From positions 85,376,001 to 85,440,000 of the forward strand of contig NC_086097.1 in assembly GCF_963921235.1 (NCBI RefSeq): a stretch of 64,000 nt of DNA, read 5' to 3'. This stretch comes from Mobula hypostoma (taxonomy: Eukaryota). Within the stretch, counting starts at the first letter, position 1. Every line of letters begins with the position of its first letter. A program made the translations under genes and the position numbers. Under the pieces are notes generated by a model that worked only from the letters and a program-made list of their open reading frames with translations, did not search any database and had not been told where the DNA came from. Below are positions 13,385 to 27,404 of this stretch, piece by piece.

Positions 13385-15141
13385 TGTTATTAATTTTAAG
13401 TTTGGCCACTTAATTTTTTTTTGGCTTTCTTAAAAAAGTGAGCCGCTTACTTATGACGTGGTGGTGTAAGGACATTTGGCATTCACATACTTCTTACATA
13501 TAACCCATAATGAATTATATAAACAAATGAAGAATGCTTAATCAAACAATTTATTTAAAATATTACTCAAATATTACTGAAATATTAAATACACTACACT
13601 CCTCCCTACTTAGCTATAAACTCCAACTTAATATAGAATGCATCTCAACTCAGTTATGTAACATATTGCTCTCTAGTCATTTTACATATACTCACAGTAT
13701 ACTATATAATACAACTATTATATAGACATCCACAGCATTGTAAATTATAAATTGTCCCATTCGGGCCTAAAGATTAAATCACTGTGAAGGATTTCTTACT
13801 CTTGTGGGATAATGTCTTCCCTGACAAGGAGGGTTAATCTGCCAGTGTCCATTTCTATTTTAATTAATTTGCTCTTCACTTCTGGTGTAAACCATATTGA
13901 TTGTCTCTTGTTAGTTTTCACATTATAAATATCAAAGCCACTCAGACCTGTGTCAGTTTTATCATAATCAGATTTTTCATCAGCAGCATGCAGATTTGTT
14001 CTCGGTTTGAAACTGCAACTTATCTTTTTATCATTTTCTCATCCCTGCAGACTCCATCTATTTTTGTCTTTCCAACATGCTCTTTGTGTGCATCCTACTT
14101 TGTTGCATTCTCTGCGAGTTTCACCTTTAAACCTGGCACAATGATAACACAATTTGTTTGGCCAGGCAGGTTTCTGATAAGATGTTTCAATTTTGTTCAC
14201 ACTCATTTTCATTCCTGACTGCAACTCAATTTCATTTCTGGCTGTTGTTTCCATTGATACAGGTATTTCAACTGCTCTGTTAAAGAACTGACACTGACTC
14301 TGTTTGGACAATTTCTTCCATTCAGCCACATAAACTGAAATGGTCTCTACTTCCTTTTGATTCTGCTTATGAAACCTAAAGTGCTCTGCAATCAACAATG
14401 GTTTTCATTCTAAATGTTCCTGCATTGCATTCATGATATCAGCAAAGCTCATTTTGGCTGGTTTGGTTGGAGCAGTTAAACTTCTAAGCAAACTACTCAT
14501 TTCCATCTAACGAACTCATCAACACTGCCACTTGTTTTTCATTGACTATTTCATTTACTTTAAAATACTGCTCAATTCATTCAGTATACAGAATCCAGTT
14601 ATCTGTTATCTTTCCAATGTAGCCAGCCATTTCAGATTTTGAAAATTTATTATTATTTCAGGGTACTCACTGTTTGTGAACCCGCGGGCCTACTCATAGC
14701 TTGTTAATTTCTTCCATTTTCTCCCTTTCTTAAAACCTCAAACCTCTCACTCTCTCACTCTCTCCTTCTGAAAAATAACATACTGCACTTTTTTAAAAAA
14801 CTCGAACGTTTCTCTCTCTCTCCTCCTAAGTAAAAATGTGTTGCGCTTTAATAGGTAGGTAGTTGTCATCTTGGGTTCATTTTTAAACTTCCTCATTGCC
14901 TCTGTTATTTTGTAACTCCAGAAACTAATTGAAAGAAAAACACAGGAACCAGGATATATTTTCCTACTTCTTTTCTTCCTATTTTTGGTGAGGAGCTCAC
15001 ATATAACATGGTGGTGTAATGATATTTGGAATTCACATATTTACATATAACCCATAATGAATTTTGTAAACAAAAAATTCCAAATCAAACAATATATTTG
15101 CAATATTACTCAAATATTACTGAAATATTGAATACATATAC
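13385..15141 (-). mobile_element. Internally deleted Gypsy/Ty3 LTR retrotransposon
   Basis: Direct LTR repeats ~13385-13598 and 14903-15141; PPT taagtagggaggag at 13612-13599; degenerate PBS ~14902-14890; gag from ATG 14630 (LIAEHFRFHKQNQKE, CYHC knuckle remnant); protease IEMDTG ending 13841; pol tail RHYPTRVRNPSQ*. Confidence 0.85.
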
Positions 15142-15199
15142 CCCCATTGCTAATATTTTGTTGCAAAATATAGACAAATGCTCAGCTGAATAGTCACAG

Positions 15200-16085
15200 A
15201 CCATGTAACATAGGGCAGGACCACAATATTGCGCTGAACTAGATAAAAAGCAAATCATAAACACCCAAACACCAATCCCTCCTGCTTACACCATGTCCAT
15301 ATCCCTCCATCTTCCTTATATCCATGTGACTATCCAAACATCTCTTAAAAGCCTCTAATGTATTTACCTCTACCACAACACCAGGCAATACATTCCAGGC
15401 ATCCCGATCTCTGGCTAAAAAACTTACCCCTCACATCCCCTTTGAACCTATCCCCTCTCACCTTCAATACATGCCCTCTGGTATTAGACTTTTCAAACCT
15501 GGGAAACAGATACACTCTGTCCACTCTGTCTCTGCCTCTCATAATCTTATAAACCTCTATCAGATCTCCCCTCAGCCTCTGACACTCCAAAGAAAACAAC
15601 CCAAGTTTTTCCAACTTCTCGTGATAGCACATGCCCTCTAAACCAGGCAGCATCCTAGTAAAGCACTTCTGTTCCCTCTTCAAAGCCTCAATATCCTTCC
15701 TACAGTGGGCCGCCCAGAACTATACACAATACTCCAGATGTGGCCTAACCAGAGATCTATAAAGTTGCAACATAACCTCCCACTTTTGAACTCAGTGCTT
15801 CGACTATTAAAAGCAAACATTCCATAAAGCTTCGTAAGCGCCCAATCAACCCGTGTAGCCACTTTCAAGGAGCTATAAACTTGGATCCCAAGATCTCTCT
15901 GCTCAGCAACAGTGTCAAGGATCTTGCCCTTAACAATGTATTGTCTTCTTGCATTTGTGCTACAAAGTGCAACACCTCACATTTATCTGGGTTAAACCCT
16001 ATCTGCCATTTCTCACCCCATATTTGCAACTGCTCTATATCAAGCTGTATTCTTTGCCAGTCTTCTACACTATCCACAACTCCAC
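15200..16085 (-). mobile_element. CR1 3' fragment (RT C-terminus)
   Basis: ORFs 15865-16077 (WGEKWQ.FNPDKCEVLHF) and 15345-15683. Confidence 0.9.
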
Positions 16086-16099
16086 TTTAAATGTTATTT

Positions 16100-17150
16100 C
16101 CATAAGACTATGTGTTCGGAGCAGAATTAGACCATCTGGCCCATCGAGTCTGCCTGCCATTCCATCATGGCTGATTTATTATCCTTCTCAACCCTATTCT
16201 CCTGCATTCATCCATAACCTTTGACTCCCTTACTAATCAAGAACTTATCAATCTTTTCTTTAAATATACCAATGATTTAGCCTCAGATTCATCAACACCT
16301 GGCTAAACGAATTCCTCCTCTTCTCTGCTCTGAAGGGGCTTCCTTGAATTCTGAGGCTGTGCCCTTTGAAGCTAGATGCCTACAGGGAATATCCTCTCCA
16401 AGTCCACTTTATCTTGGCCTTTCAGTATTCGATAGGTTTCAATGAGATTCCCCCCCGCCCCACCATTTCTTCTAAACTCCAGTGAATATAGGCCCAGAGA
16501 CATCAAACACCTCTCATACGTTAACCCTTTCATTCCCGGAATCAGTCTCATGAACCTCCTCTACACCAGTGGTCCACAACCCTCGAGCCGTGGACCGATA
16601 CGGGGCCGCGAAGAATGCAGTGGTGCAGCAGTAGCCGGAACGCACCCAGCACATCTTTAAGAAAAAAGCCGAAATAAACAAGCTAATTGTTTAGGTGCCA
16701 CCTGGCACGTAAATGTCGGCCCAGATCAGAGGTGATTGCCGAAGCCCAGAGGTTGGGGACCACTGCTCTACACCCTCTCTGATGGCAGCAAATCAATGCC
16801 CAAAACTGCTCAAGATAGGCCAATGTGTCTGACCAATGTCTTATAAAGCCTCAGCATTAGTCCCTTGCTTTTATATTCTAGCCCTCTCCAAATGAAATAC
16901 TAACATTGTATTTGGCTCCCTTGCTCAATCTGCAAGTTAACCTTTAGGGAATCTTGCACAAGGACTCTCAAATCCCTTGGCATCTCTGGTTTCTGAATGT
17001 CTTCCCATCTATAAAATAGTCTATGCCTTTATTCCTTCTACCCAAGTGCATTCCCCTACACCATATTCCATCTGCCACTTCTTCATCCATTCTCCCAATA
17101 TGTCCAAGTCCTTCTGCTTCTTTAACATTACCTGCCCTTCCACCTATCAT
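16100..17150 (-). mobile_element. CR1 3' fragment interrupted by a hAT MITE
   Basis: cataagactat..ggagcagaattag tail and CR1 RT C-terminal remnants on the minus strand. Confidence 0.8.
16567..16765. mobile_element. hAT (Charlie-like) MITE, 199 bp
   Basis: TIRs CAGTGGTCCACAACC / GGTTGGGGACCACTG; perfect 8-bp TSD CTCTACAC at 16559-16566 and 16766-16773. Confidence 0.92.
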
Positions 17151-18914
17151 TTGCAAACCCTGTTGGACATTGTTAATGTGGAATGCTGCAAGTCCAATTC
17201 ACTGATTTACTGGCGGACGGGGGGGAGCTGCATAGCCTTGGTTATAGCAAGGACTAGGCCTCAAGCCGTGGTGTTGCTTGCTGATTGCTGCCCAGGAGAG
17301 AGGCGTCAGAGTTGGTGCACTCCATTGGTGGTGGTGTGATGTGATGTCCAAGCTGGAGTCGGTGCTGTCCTCTGGTGATCGATCAGCGGGAGACAAGTCG
17401 TTTTGTGTTTGACTGCAGATTTCTGCAACATCCATGGACTCAGTGTCCTGGACTATATTTTTTGTGATTGGATTTTATTGTATCTTATATGTACTAAATG
17501 TGACTTGCGCTGTGTGTGACTGTTGGTACTGTGTGTTGCCCCTTGGCCATGAAGTAATGCTGTTTTATTTGGCTGTATTCATGGGTATTTGTGTATTGTT
17601 AAATGACCATTAAACTTGAACTAAGTATGAAAACTTGGCTACAGACCCATCGATTATGTCATCCACAACATTGACATATAATTTGAAAAGAAGCGGTGTG
17701 AATCCTGATGCCAGCAGAACACTACTTGTCATCGGCAACTAACCAGGAAAGTTCTTTAATCCCACTCTGTCTCCTACCAGCCAATCTTCTAAACATTCCA
17801 GTATCAGATTATATCACAGTAAAAAGTACAAAACAGATCTCCGTAACTTTCTTGGTTGCATTGGCACTTTAAAAGAGTATTTTTATAGGACTCTTACTAT
17901 GAAAAGTGTTACTATTCACTGTAGGTTTGACTGTTATCATGTATAGGCAATCTAACACAATCTTATGATAGAATTTTATAAGATTGTGGGAGGCATAGAT
18001 ACTGTAAACAGGCAGACTACATTTTTTTCCCAGTGGAGCTATGTTAAATCCTAAAGACAATGCATTTAAAGTGAGAGGGAGAAAGTTTAGAGATTTGCGG
18101 GGCAAGTATTTTTTCACATCTCTACGGTAGGTACCTAGTGGAAGTGGTGGAAACAAGCATGATAATGGCTTAAAGAGGCTGTTAGGCACATAACTATCCA
18201 AGAGACGGAAGGGGGTGGATCATCTACAGGCAGAAGAGATTTATTTTAATTTGGTATTGTATTCACGGAATCTGTTCCTGTGCCACACTTGTCTGTGATA
18301 ATGATCAGGGTTTAAAATGAAATTGTCTGTAAAGAGTTAATACCAGAAAATAGTAACACCACCTAATGTCTGAAGTAGAACCTTCCTATCAATACATTTT
18401 AAATCAGTGCCTAAAGAGGTGGATTTTATCAGTAGATGACAAATGAACAACAATTGCCAAACTTGAATTAATCATCCAGTTGAACAAGTGAAGGAAAGTC
18501 AACATTGATTGTTTATTCATTGCCATAGATGCTGTCTGACCCACTGAGTTCATCCAGCAGTTTGTGTGTGTTGCTCTAGATTTCCAGCATCTGTAGAATC
18601 TCTTGTGTTTATAAATACTTTCCATTATCATTCTGTCTTGGACCTTAATGAAACTGCTAACAATCTGATGCATTGGCTACAGGCTGTGATTTATTACCCT
18701 GAGTAATCTTACCTTCTGCATCAAAGGCAAACACTCTTGGTCTATCACTGACAATCTAGCAAAGAGATGAAAGGTGTAAAGAGTATCATCTGTACCCCTG
18801 CATATCACAAAATCCTGAAATTTGACCACATGTGGAAATAGGCACAAGATTCTGGCAGGGCTCCACATTCACCTATAAAAAGGATTTCAGGGAGCAATTT
18901 GAAACTTTTGCTCT

Positions 18915-20085
18915 ACGTCCTTACCATAACATTTTTTTGACAAGGTGATACAGATAGAGCAGTGAATGTTGTCTATATGGATTTTAGTGAGGAATTTGAT
19001 AAAGTCCCTCATGGGAAACTAATCCAGAAGATTAAGATGCGAATTGACTGGATTCAGAAATAACTTGCGCATAGAAGACAGAGGTTGAAAGGGTTTATTT
19101 GAGCTGGAGCATTGCAATTAGTGGAGTTCCACAGGGATCTGCGCTGGGACCTCTGCTGTTGGTGATGCTTATAAATGACCTGGATGAAAATGCAGATGGG
19201 TGGGTTAGTAAACTTGCAGATGATACCAAGATTGGTGGAGTTGTGGATAGTATAAAAGACTAGCAAAGAATACAATATAGATCAGTTGCAGATATGGGCA
19301 GAGAAATGGCATATGGAGTTTAATCCAGATAAGTGTGAGGTGTTGCACTTCAGTTGGGCAAATGCAAGGAGACAGTACGCTGTTAAGGGCAAGATCCTGA
19401 ACAGTGTTGCTGAGCAGAGAGATCTTGGGATCCATGTTCATAGCTCCTTGAAAGTGTCTGCACAGGTCTCTAAGGTGATTAAGAAAGCTAATGGAATGCT
19501 TGCTTTTATTAGTCAAGGCATTGAGTTCAAAAGTCAGGAGGTTATGTTGCAACTTTATAAAATTGGTTATGCCACATCTGGAGTATTGTGTACGTCTCTG
19601 GTTGTCCCATGATAGGTAGGATGTTGAGCCTTTGGAGAGGGTGCAGAAGAGGTTTACCTGGATGCTGCCTGGTTTAGAGAGCATGTGCTGTCATGAAAGG
19701 CTGGATAAACTTGTGTTATTTTCTCTGGAGCATCACAGGCTGAGGGAGATCTGAAAGAGGCTTACAAGATTATGAGAGGCATAGGTGGAGTGGACAGAGT
19801 GTATCTGTTTCCCAGGGTTGAAATGTCCAATACCAGAGGGCATGCATTGAAGTGAAAGTGAGGTTCAAGGAGAGAGTCGTGGATGCCTGGAGTGAACTGC
19901 CTGGTGTGGTGATAGAGGCTTTTAAGAGATATTTGGATAGACACATGGATGTAAGGAAGATGGAAGGATATGGACATGGGGTAGGTAGAAGGGATTAGTG
20001 TTGGAGTGTTTTGATGTGCTTTTTAGCTGGTTCAGCATAATGCTGTGGGGCCGAATGGCCTGTTCCTGTGTTGTACTGTTCGATG
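18915..20085 (+). mobile_element. CR1 RT/3' fragment
   Basis: gttccacagggatct (VPQGS), gcagatgataccaag (ADDTK), ORF 19286-19612. Confidence 0.9.
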
Positions 20086-20141
20086 TCATGAAATATGTGA
20101 TTTTGTGGCAGCAATACAGTGCGATACATAAAAATTACTAT

Positions 20142-20560
20142 CATGGCTCCGTCTGTCTAAGTAGACAATGGATTGTGCCCATTTTCTCGGGATGCAGACC
20201 TGGGCGATGAATATGAAGATCCTGAGCTGCCCAGACATCAAGATCCACCTCTCGGCCTTGCAGATGTGGTCCAAAGGAATGCGAAGCAGTACTTTTGGCA
20301 TCAGCTTGGCTGCAGGAGCTCCCAGGAGGTGACGTGATACATCATCCAACTGGCTTAGGGGCTTCACTCCGGATTTGTGTAGGGTTTACTCCTCAGCCTT
20401 CCCTTCTCCCGAAGATACCCACAAGGCAGTGGGTTCCGTAACCCAGGATAGGGGCCCATACCGGGTACTGTCAGCTGGAGACAGCAGAACCCAGGACTTG
20501 TGTAAGGCAGGGTCGTCACGCATTGTAGTCATAACATACGGAGCCACTACCCACTACCTT
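20142..20560 (-). mobile_element. Diverged relative of the 12540-13109 RTE-derived element
   Basis: 20195-20400 aligns by eye with the reverse complement of 12860-13060 (cctgggc..atatg.agatc, gatgtggtccaa.ggaa, ttggca.cag..gcaggag, ggtttactcc); imperfect TAAAAAT(AT)TACTAT flanks. Confidence 0.6.
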
Positions 20561-20639
20561 AAAAATATTACTATAAATTACAATAAAATATCTAAAAATA
20601 TAGTGCAAAATGAAAGCAAACTAGTAAGGTCGTGTAGAG

Positions 20640-23600
20640 TCATAGACTGATAGAAAAGTACAGCACAGAAACAGGCCCTTCAACCTATTTAGTCTGCACT
20701 GAACTATTTAAACTGCCTTCTCCCATCGACCTGCACCAGGACCTCAGCCCGCAATATCCTGACTATCCATGTTCCTACCCAAACTTCTCTTAAATGTTCA
20801 AATCGAGCTCATATACACCACTTGCACTGGCAGCTTGTTCAGCACTCCCACAACCTTCTGAGTGATGAAGTTTCCTCTCATGTTCTTCTTAAACTTTTCA
20901 CCTTTCGGATGACTCTGCCATAGTTGGATGCATCAGCAAGGGAGATGAGGTTGAGTACAGGGCTATGGTAGGAAACTTTGTCACATGGTGTGATCAGAAT
21001 TATCTGCAGCTTAATGTGAAAAAGACTAAGGAGCTGGTGGTAGACCTGAGGAGAGCCAAGGTACCAGTGACCCCTGTTTCCATCCAGGGGGTCGGTGTGG
21101 ACATGTTGGAGGATTACAAATACCTGGGGATACGAATTGACAATAAACTGGACTGGTCTAAGAACACTGAGGCTGTCTATAAGAAGGGTCAGAGCCATCT
21201 CTATTTCCTGAGGAGACTGAGGTCCTTTAACATCTGCCGGACGATGCTGAGGATGTTCTACGAGTCTGTGGTGGCCAGTGCTATCATGTTTGCTGTTGTG
21301 TGCTGGGGCAGCAGGCTGAGGGTAGCAGACACCAACAGGATCAACAAACTCATTCGTAAGGCCAGTGTTGTTGTAAGGATGGAACTGGACTCTCTGACGG
21401 TGGTGTCTGAAAAGAGGATGCTGTCCAAGTTGCATGCCATCTTGGTCAATGTCTCCCATCCACTACATAATGTACTGGGTGGGCACAGGAGTACATTCAG
21501 CCAGAGACTCATTCCACCGAGATGCAACACAGAGCGTCATAGGAAGTCATTCCTGCCTGTGGCCATCAAACTTTACAACTCCTCCCTTGGAGGGTCAGAC
21601 ACCCTGAGCCAATAGGCTGGTCCTGGACTTATTTCATAATTTACTGGCATAATTTACATATTACTATTTAACTATTTATGGTTCTATTATTTATGGTGCA
21701 ACTGTAACGAAAACCAATTTCCCCCGGGATCAATAAAGTATGAGTATGACTATGACTATTGACCCATGACCTTTAGTTGTGGTCCCATCCAACCTCAGTG
21801 GAAAATGTCGGCTTGCATTTATGCTATCTATACTCCTCATAATTTTGTATACCTTTATCAATCTCCTCTCAATCCTTTACATTCTGAGGAATAAAGTCAT
21901 AACCTATTCAATCTTTCCATATAACTCAAGTGCTCCAGACCTGACAACATCTTTGTAAATTTTCTCTGTATTCCTTTGCATCTCCTGTACTCACTACTTT
22001 GATTTATGAAAGCCAATGTGCCAAAAGCTTTCTTTACAACCCTATCTACCTGTGATGCCATTTTTAATGAATTATGAACTTGTATTCCCAGATCCCTTTG
22101 TTTACTGAGCTCCTAAGTGCCCTGTCCTTCACTGTGTAAAAGCTATCCTGGTTGGTCCTACCGAAGTGCAAGACCTTGCACTTGTCTGCAGTAAATACCA
22201 TCTGCCATTTTTCAGCACTTTTTTCCAGCTGGTCTAGATCCCACTGCAAGTCACAATAGCCTTCCTTGCTGTCCACTACACCTGCAATCTTGGTATCATC
22301 TGCAAATTTGCCGATCTATTTAACCACATTATCATCCAGATCATTGATACAGATGATAAATAACAATGTACCCAACACGGTTCCCTGCGGCACTCCAGTA
22401 ATTACAGGCCTCCAGTCAGAGATGCAACCATTCACTATCGCTCTCTGTCTTCTCCCATGAAGCCAATGTCTAATCCAATTTACTACCTCATCTTGAATGC
22501 TGAGCATCTGAACCTTCTTGACCACCCTCCCATGTGGAACCTTGTCAAAGTCCTTGCTAAAGTCCGCTGCCTTGCCTTCATCCACTTTCCTGATAACTTC
22601 CTTAAAAAGCTCTGTAAGATTGGTTAGATATGACCTACCACACACAATGCCATGCTGACTATCCTTAATCAGTCCATATCTATCCAAAACCTCATATATC
22701 CAGTTCCGTAGAATATGTTCCAATAATTTTCCTATTCCTGATGTCAGGCTCATCGGCCTATAATTTCCTGGTTTATTTTTAGAGCGTTTCTTGAACAGTA
22801 GAACAACATTGACTACCTTCCAGTTCTCTGGTACTTCACCTGTCTCTGATGTTGATTTAAGTATCTCTGCGAGGGCACTGCCAATTTCTATACTTGCCTG
22901 CTACAGGGTCTGAGGGAGTACCTTATCAGGCCCTGGGGATTTATCTACCCTAATTTGCCTCATGACAGAAAATACCTCCTCCTCTGTAATCTGTATAGGG
23001 TCTATGAAGTTGATGCTGATTCATCTCACTTCTATAGATCCTGTCCATCTCCTGAGTAAATACAGATGCAAAAAAATCATTTAAGATCTCCCCCATCTCT
23101 TTTGGCTCCACACATTGATTATCATTCTGATTTTCCAGAGGACCAATTTTGTCACTTGCAATCCTTTTGCTCTTAACATATCTGTAGAATCCCTTAAAAT
23201 TCTCCATCACTTTGTCTGCTAAGGCAACCTCATGATTTCTACTAGCTTTCCTGATTTCTTTCTTAATATAAGCATTTCTTATATTCCATAAGCAACTCAT
23301 TTGTTCCTACCTGCAATGCACCTCCTTTATTTCTTAACCAGGGTCTCAATATCTCTTGAAAACCAAGGTTTCCTACACCTGTTATCTTTACCTTTTATTC
23401 TGACAGGCACATACAAGCTTTGTACTCTCAAAATTTCACTTTTGAAGGCCTCCCAGTTACCAAATACACCATTGCTGGAAAACAGCCTGTCCCAAACCAC
23501 ACTTGCCAGATCCTTTCTGATACCATCAAAATTGGCCCTTCTCCAATTTAGAATCTCAACCCTCGAACCAGACCTATCTTTTTGCATACTTACTTTGAAA

Positions 23601-23945
23601 CTAATAGCATTATGATCACTTGATGCAAAGCGTTCCCCTACACAAACTTCTTTCACCTGTCCTCCCTCATTCTCTATTAGCAGAACAAGTATTGCACACT
23701 CCCTTGTTGGGACTTCGATGTACTGATTAAGGAAATTATCCTAAACACATTTGACAAACTCTATCTGATTTAGTCCTTTTACAGTCTGGGAGTCCCAGTT
23801 AATATGTGGAAATTTAAAATCACCTACTATAACAACCTGTCTCTCCACAAATTAGTTCCTCTAAATTCCCTTAGACTATTGGATGGTCTGTAATGTAGCC
23901 CCGTTAACATGGTCATATCTTTCTTATTACTCAGTTCCACCCAAA
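20640..23945 (-). mobile_element. CR1 ORF2 (EN+RT), decayed, interrupted at 20905-21760
   Basis: ORFs 23327-23656, 22950-23300, 22316-22753 ([18 protein letters not shown]), 22064-22276. Confidence 0.9.
20905..21760 (+). mobile_element. Rex/Babar-type LINE 3' fragment
   Basis: ORF 20965-21615 WCDQNYLQLNVKKTKELVVD..YKYLG..LYFLRRLRSF; AATAAA then (TATGAC)n tail. Confidence 0.85.
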
Positions 23946-24059
23946 AACAGGTGGGAAAACAGTCCTTGCTGGGCCTCAGCACCTTCCTCTGTAACTGGAT
24001 CCTGGACTCCTTAACAGAAAAGTTAGTGTCAGTCCATGTGGGCAGCAACGTCTCTAGTT

Positions 24060-25078
24060 ACATGGAGGACGGTGACCAGTGGTGCTCCGCAGGGATCCGT
24101 TCTGGGACAACTCCTCTTTGTGATTTTTATAAATGACCTGGCTGAGGAAGTAGAAGGGTGGGTTAGTAAGATTGCTGATGACACAAAAGTTAGGGGTGTT
24201 GTGGGCAGTCTGGAGGGTTGTCAGAGTTTACACCGTGACACTGATAGGTTGCAGAACTGGGCTGAGAAGTGGCAGATGGAGTTCAACTCAGGTAAGTGTG
24301 TTCATTTTGGTAGATCAAATTTGAAGACAGAATAAAATATTAATGGTAATACTCTTGGTAGTGTGGAGGATCAGTGAGATCTTGGGGTCTGTGCCCATAG
24401 GACACTGAAAGTTGCTGTGGAGGTTGACAGTGTTGTTAAGAAGGCGTATGCTGTGATGGCATTCATCAACCATGGGGTTGAGTTCAAGAGCCTTGAGGTA
24501 ATGTTACAGCTTTATAAGACCTTAGTTAGACCCCACTTGGAGTGCTGTGTACAGTTCTGGTCACCTCATTACAGGAGGAATGTGAATACGATAGAGAGAG
24601 TGCAGAAGAGATTTACAAGGATGTTGCCTGGATTGGAGAGCATGCCTTATGAGAATAGGTTGAGTGAACTTGGCCTATTCTCCTTGGAGTGACAGAGGAT
24701 GAGAGGTGACCTGACAGAGGTATATAAGATGATGAGAGGCATTGATCGTGTGGATAGCCAGAGGCTTTATCCCAGGGCTGAAATGGCTAACGCGAGGTGC
24801 ACAGTTTTAAGGTACTTGGAAGTAGGTACAAGGGGGATGTCAGAGGTAAGTTTTCACACGGAGAGTGGTGGGTGCATGGAATGCACTGCCTGTAATGGTG
24901 GTAGAGGCGGATACAATAGGGTCTTTTAAGAAACTCTTAGATAGGTACATGGACCTTAGAAAAATAGAGGACTGCGCAGTAGGGAAATTCTAGGCAGTTT
25001 CTATATTAGGTTACATCATTGGCACAACATTGTGGGCCGAAGGGCCTGTAATGTGCTTTAGATTTCCATGTCCTATAT
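24060..25078 (+). mobile_element. CR1 RT/3' fragment nested in a Rex/Babar fragment (~23950-25605)
   Basis: GAPQGSVLG..IADDTK ORF; the flanks (LCNWILD before, STGAP..FVDDTTVVGLI after) belong to a split Rex-type RT. Confidence 0.8.
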
Positions 25079-25979
25079 TCCATTATGCTGAGCACTGGCG
25101 CTCCCCAAGTCTGTGTGCTCTGCCCACTGCTGCTCACACTGCTGACGCATGCTGTGTCGCAGGATTCAGCTCAAACCCTGTCATCAGGTTTGTGGATGAC
25201 ACAACAGTGGTTGGCCTCATCAATAATGATGATGTGTCAGAGTCGGAGCTGGTAGACTGGTGTGAGAAGAACAACCTAAGTCTCAACATGGATAAGACCA
25301 AGGAAATCTTTGTGGACTTCAGGTACATGCAGATGAACCATCTCCCCGCCCCCCCACCCACCCCCCATGAATACCTGGCTCCTCTGGAAAGAGAGTTAAG
25401 TTCACCAAGTTTCTGGGAGTTCACATCATGGATCCCTTCATCTGGTACCTCAATATCACCTCCCTGAACAAGAAGGCACAGCTTCTTGTGTATTATGTGT
25501 GTGTTATTTGTACTACTGTACTTTACACCCTGGTCCAGAGAAATGTTGTTTCATTTGACAGAATACATGAATATAGTTAAATGACAATAAACTTGACTTG
25601 ACTCAACTTGATAATGCCTCAGTAGACAAGTTCTCCAGTCTTTCATGACTGAGCATTGTTGTGATATTTTCCCTGGCTAGTGACACTAATCCTCCATCTT
25701 TAATCTCTCCTGCTCTGTCATATCTAAAATAATGGAACTTCAGATAATTAAGCTGCCAGTCCTGCCACTCCTGTAACCAAGTCATAATTCATAATTCCAG
25801 GTGTTGATCCATGCCCCGAGCTCAGCTATCATTCCTACGATACTTTTGCATTGAAATATATGCAGCTCAGGGCACGAGTCACACCATGCTTAGCCTTTTG
25901 ATTCCTGTCTTTGTCTGAGGTCTTAACAACATCTTTCTTCACAACTTCTCCACTATCTGGCGCTCTGGTTCCATCCCCC

Positions 25980-26440
25980 TGTTATTCATGGGTCCATTGG
26001 CCCTTCAGTCATCAGATGGCAGAGGGGAAGAAGCTGTTCCCCAAACGATCAGGCTCCATTACCTCTTCTTTGATGATGGTAGTGAGAAGAAGGTAGGCCC
26101 TTGATGCTGAGGGCCCTTCAGGATGGATGCCTCCTTCTTGAGGCATCGCTTTTTGAAGATGTCCTCAATGTTGGGCAGGCTAGAGCTCATGATGAAGCTG
26201 GCTGAGTTCGCAACCCTCCGCAGCTTCTCCAATCCTGTGCATTGGTGCCTCCATACCAGACGGCGATGCAGCCTGTCAGGATGCTCCCCACGGTACATCT
26301 GTACACATTTTCCGGAGTCTTTGGTGGCATATCAAATCTCCCCAAACTCCTAATCATATATGTTTGCTGCCTTGTCTTCTTCAGAACTGCATCACTATGC
26401 AGGGCCCAGGTTAGATCTTCAGAGATGTTGACTCCGCATT
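25980..26440 (-). mobile_element. Rex/Babar 3' fragment
   Basis: GVNISEDLTW..YRCTVGSILTGCIAVWYG. Confidence 0.8.
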
Positions 26441-27404
26441 TTCCTACATTGTTCATTGGCTTGGGGCTTGGATAACTGGATTTGATTGGGAACCTTTCTA
26501 AACAGCCAATACATTTGAAATGAAGGCATAAAGCAGTACAAATCAAACACCCAGGTAGGTCTGGAAGACTCTCTTTCATTCTGCAGTATGAAGTAATCAG
26601 AAAGTTCCCTGGAAAACCATCTTGACCAGTAAGTAAAATCTCTATAGACATTAATGCCACAAAATACCCTCTTGAATATGGATGGACTGCAGAATAGGAA
26701 TGAAATGATTCAGTAGAGCAGTGAAGATAAAAATCTTTTTTGTTATTTTACTCTTTCTAAATACACTTGTACCACCCTCATTTTCTATACTCACAGTGCT
26801 CTGCTGTGACATCTCCTTCTATTCTAAAGTCATAGACAGAGCAAGAAAGCATGAAAACCCTTCAGTCCACTAAGTTCCTGCTGACCATCAAGAACCTATT
26901 TTTACATTAATCATACCCTAACTTATTTTGCTCCATGCACGGTCCTAACCACTCCACCCCAATCCCACTCCCTAGATCTAACCACTCATCTACACACTAA
27001 CAGTGACCAGTTAACCCCCTAACCCAGACATTTGGGATGTGGAGGTAAAATTGGAGTCCCTGAATGAAATCCATGTGGTCACAGGAACGATGTTCACAGA
27101 TGGCACAAGAAGGCATCTTCACTAGTTCCAGTAAACACAATTTTGGGCACCACAAGGGGAATGGAATATTATGGAGAAGAAATAGGATTTGAGGCAGTCC
27201 AACTGGCCCCTCAGGTCTGCCCCACCATTCCATACGATTATGGCTGATTGACCACAGGCCTCAGCTCCTCTATGCCAGATTCTCATGGCCATCAATCCCA
27301 TTGGTGGGCTTTGGAGTCACCTATGGCAGACCTCCATCAGTGAAGCAGGTAGATTTTTACACCAGTTTCATGTTGCTTATTGCTTCATGGTATTCTTTAT
27401 CTTC

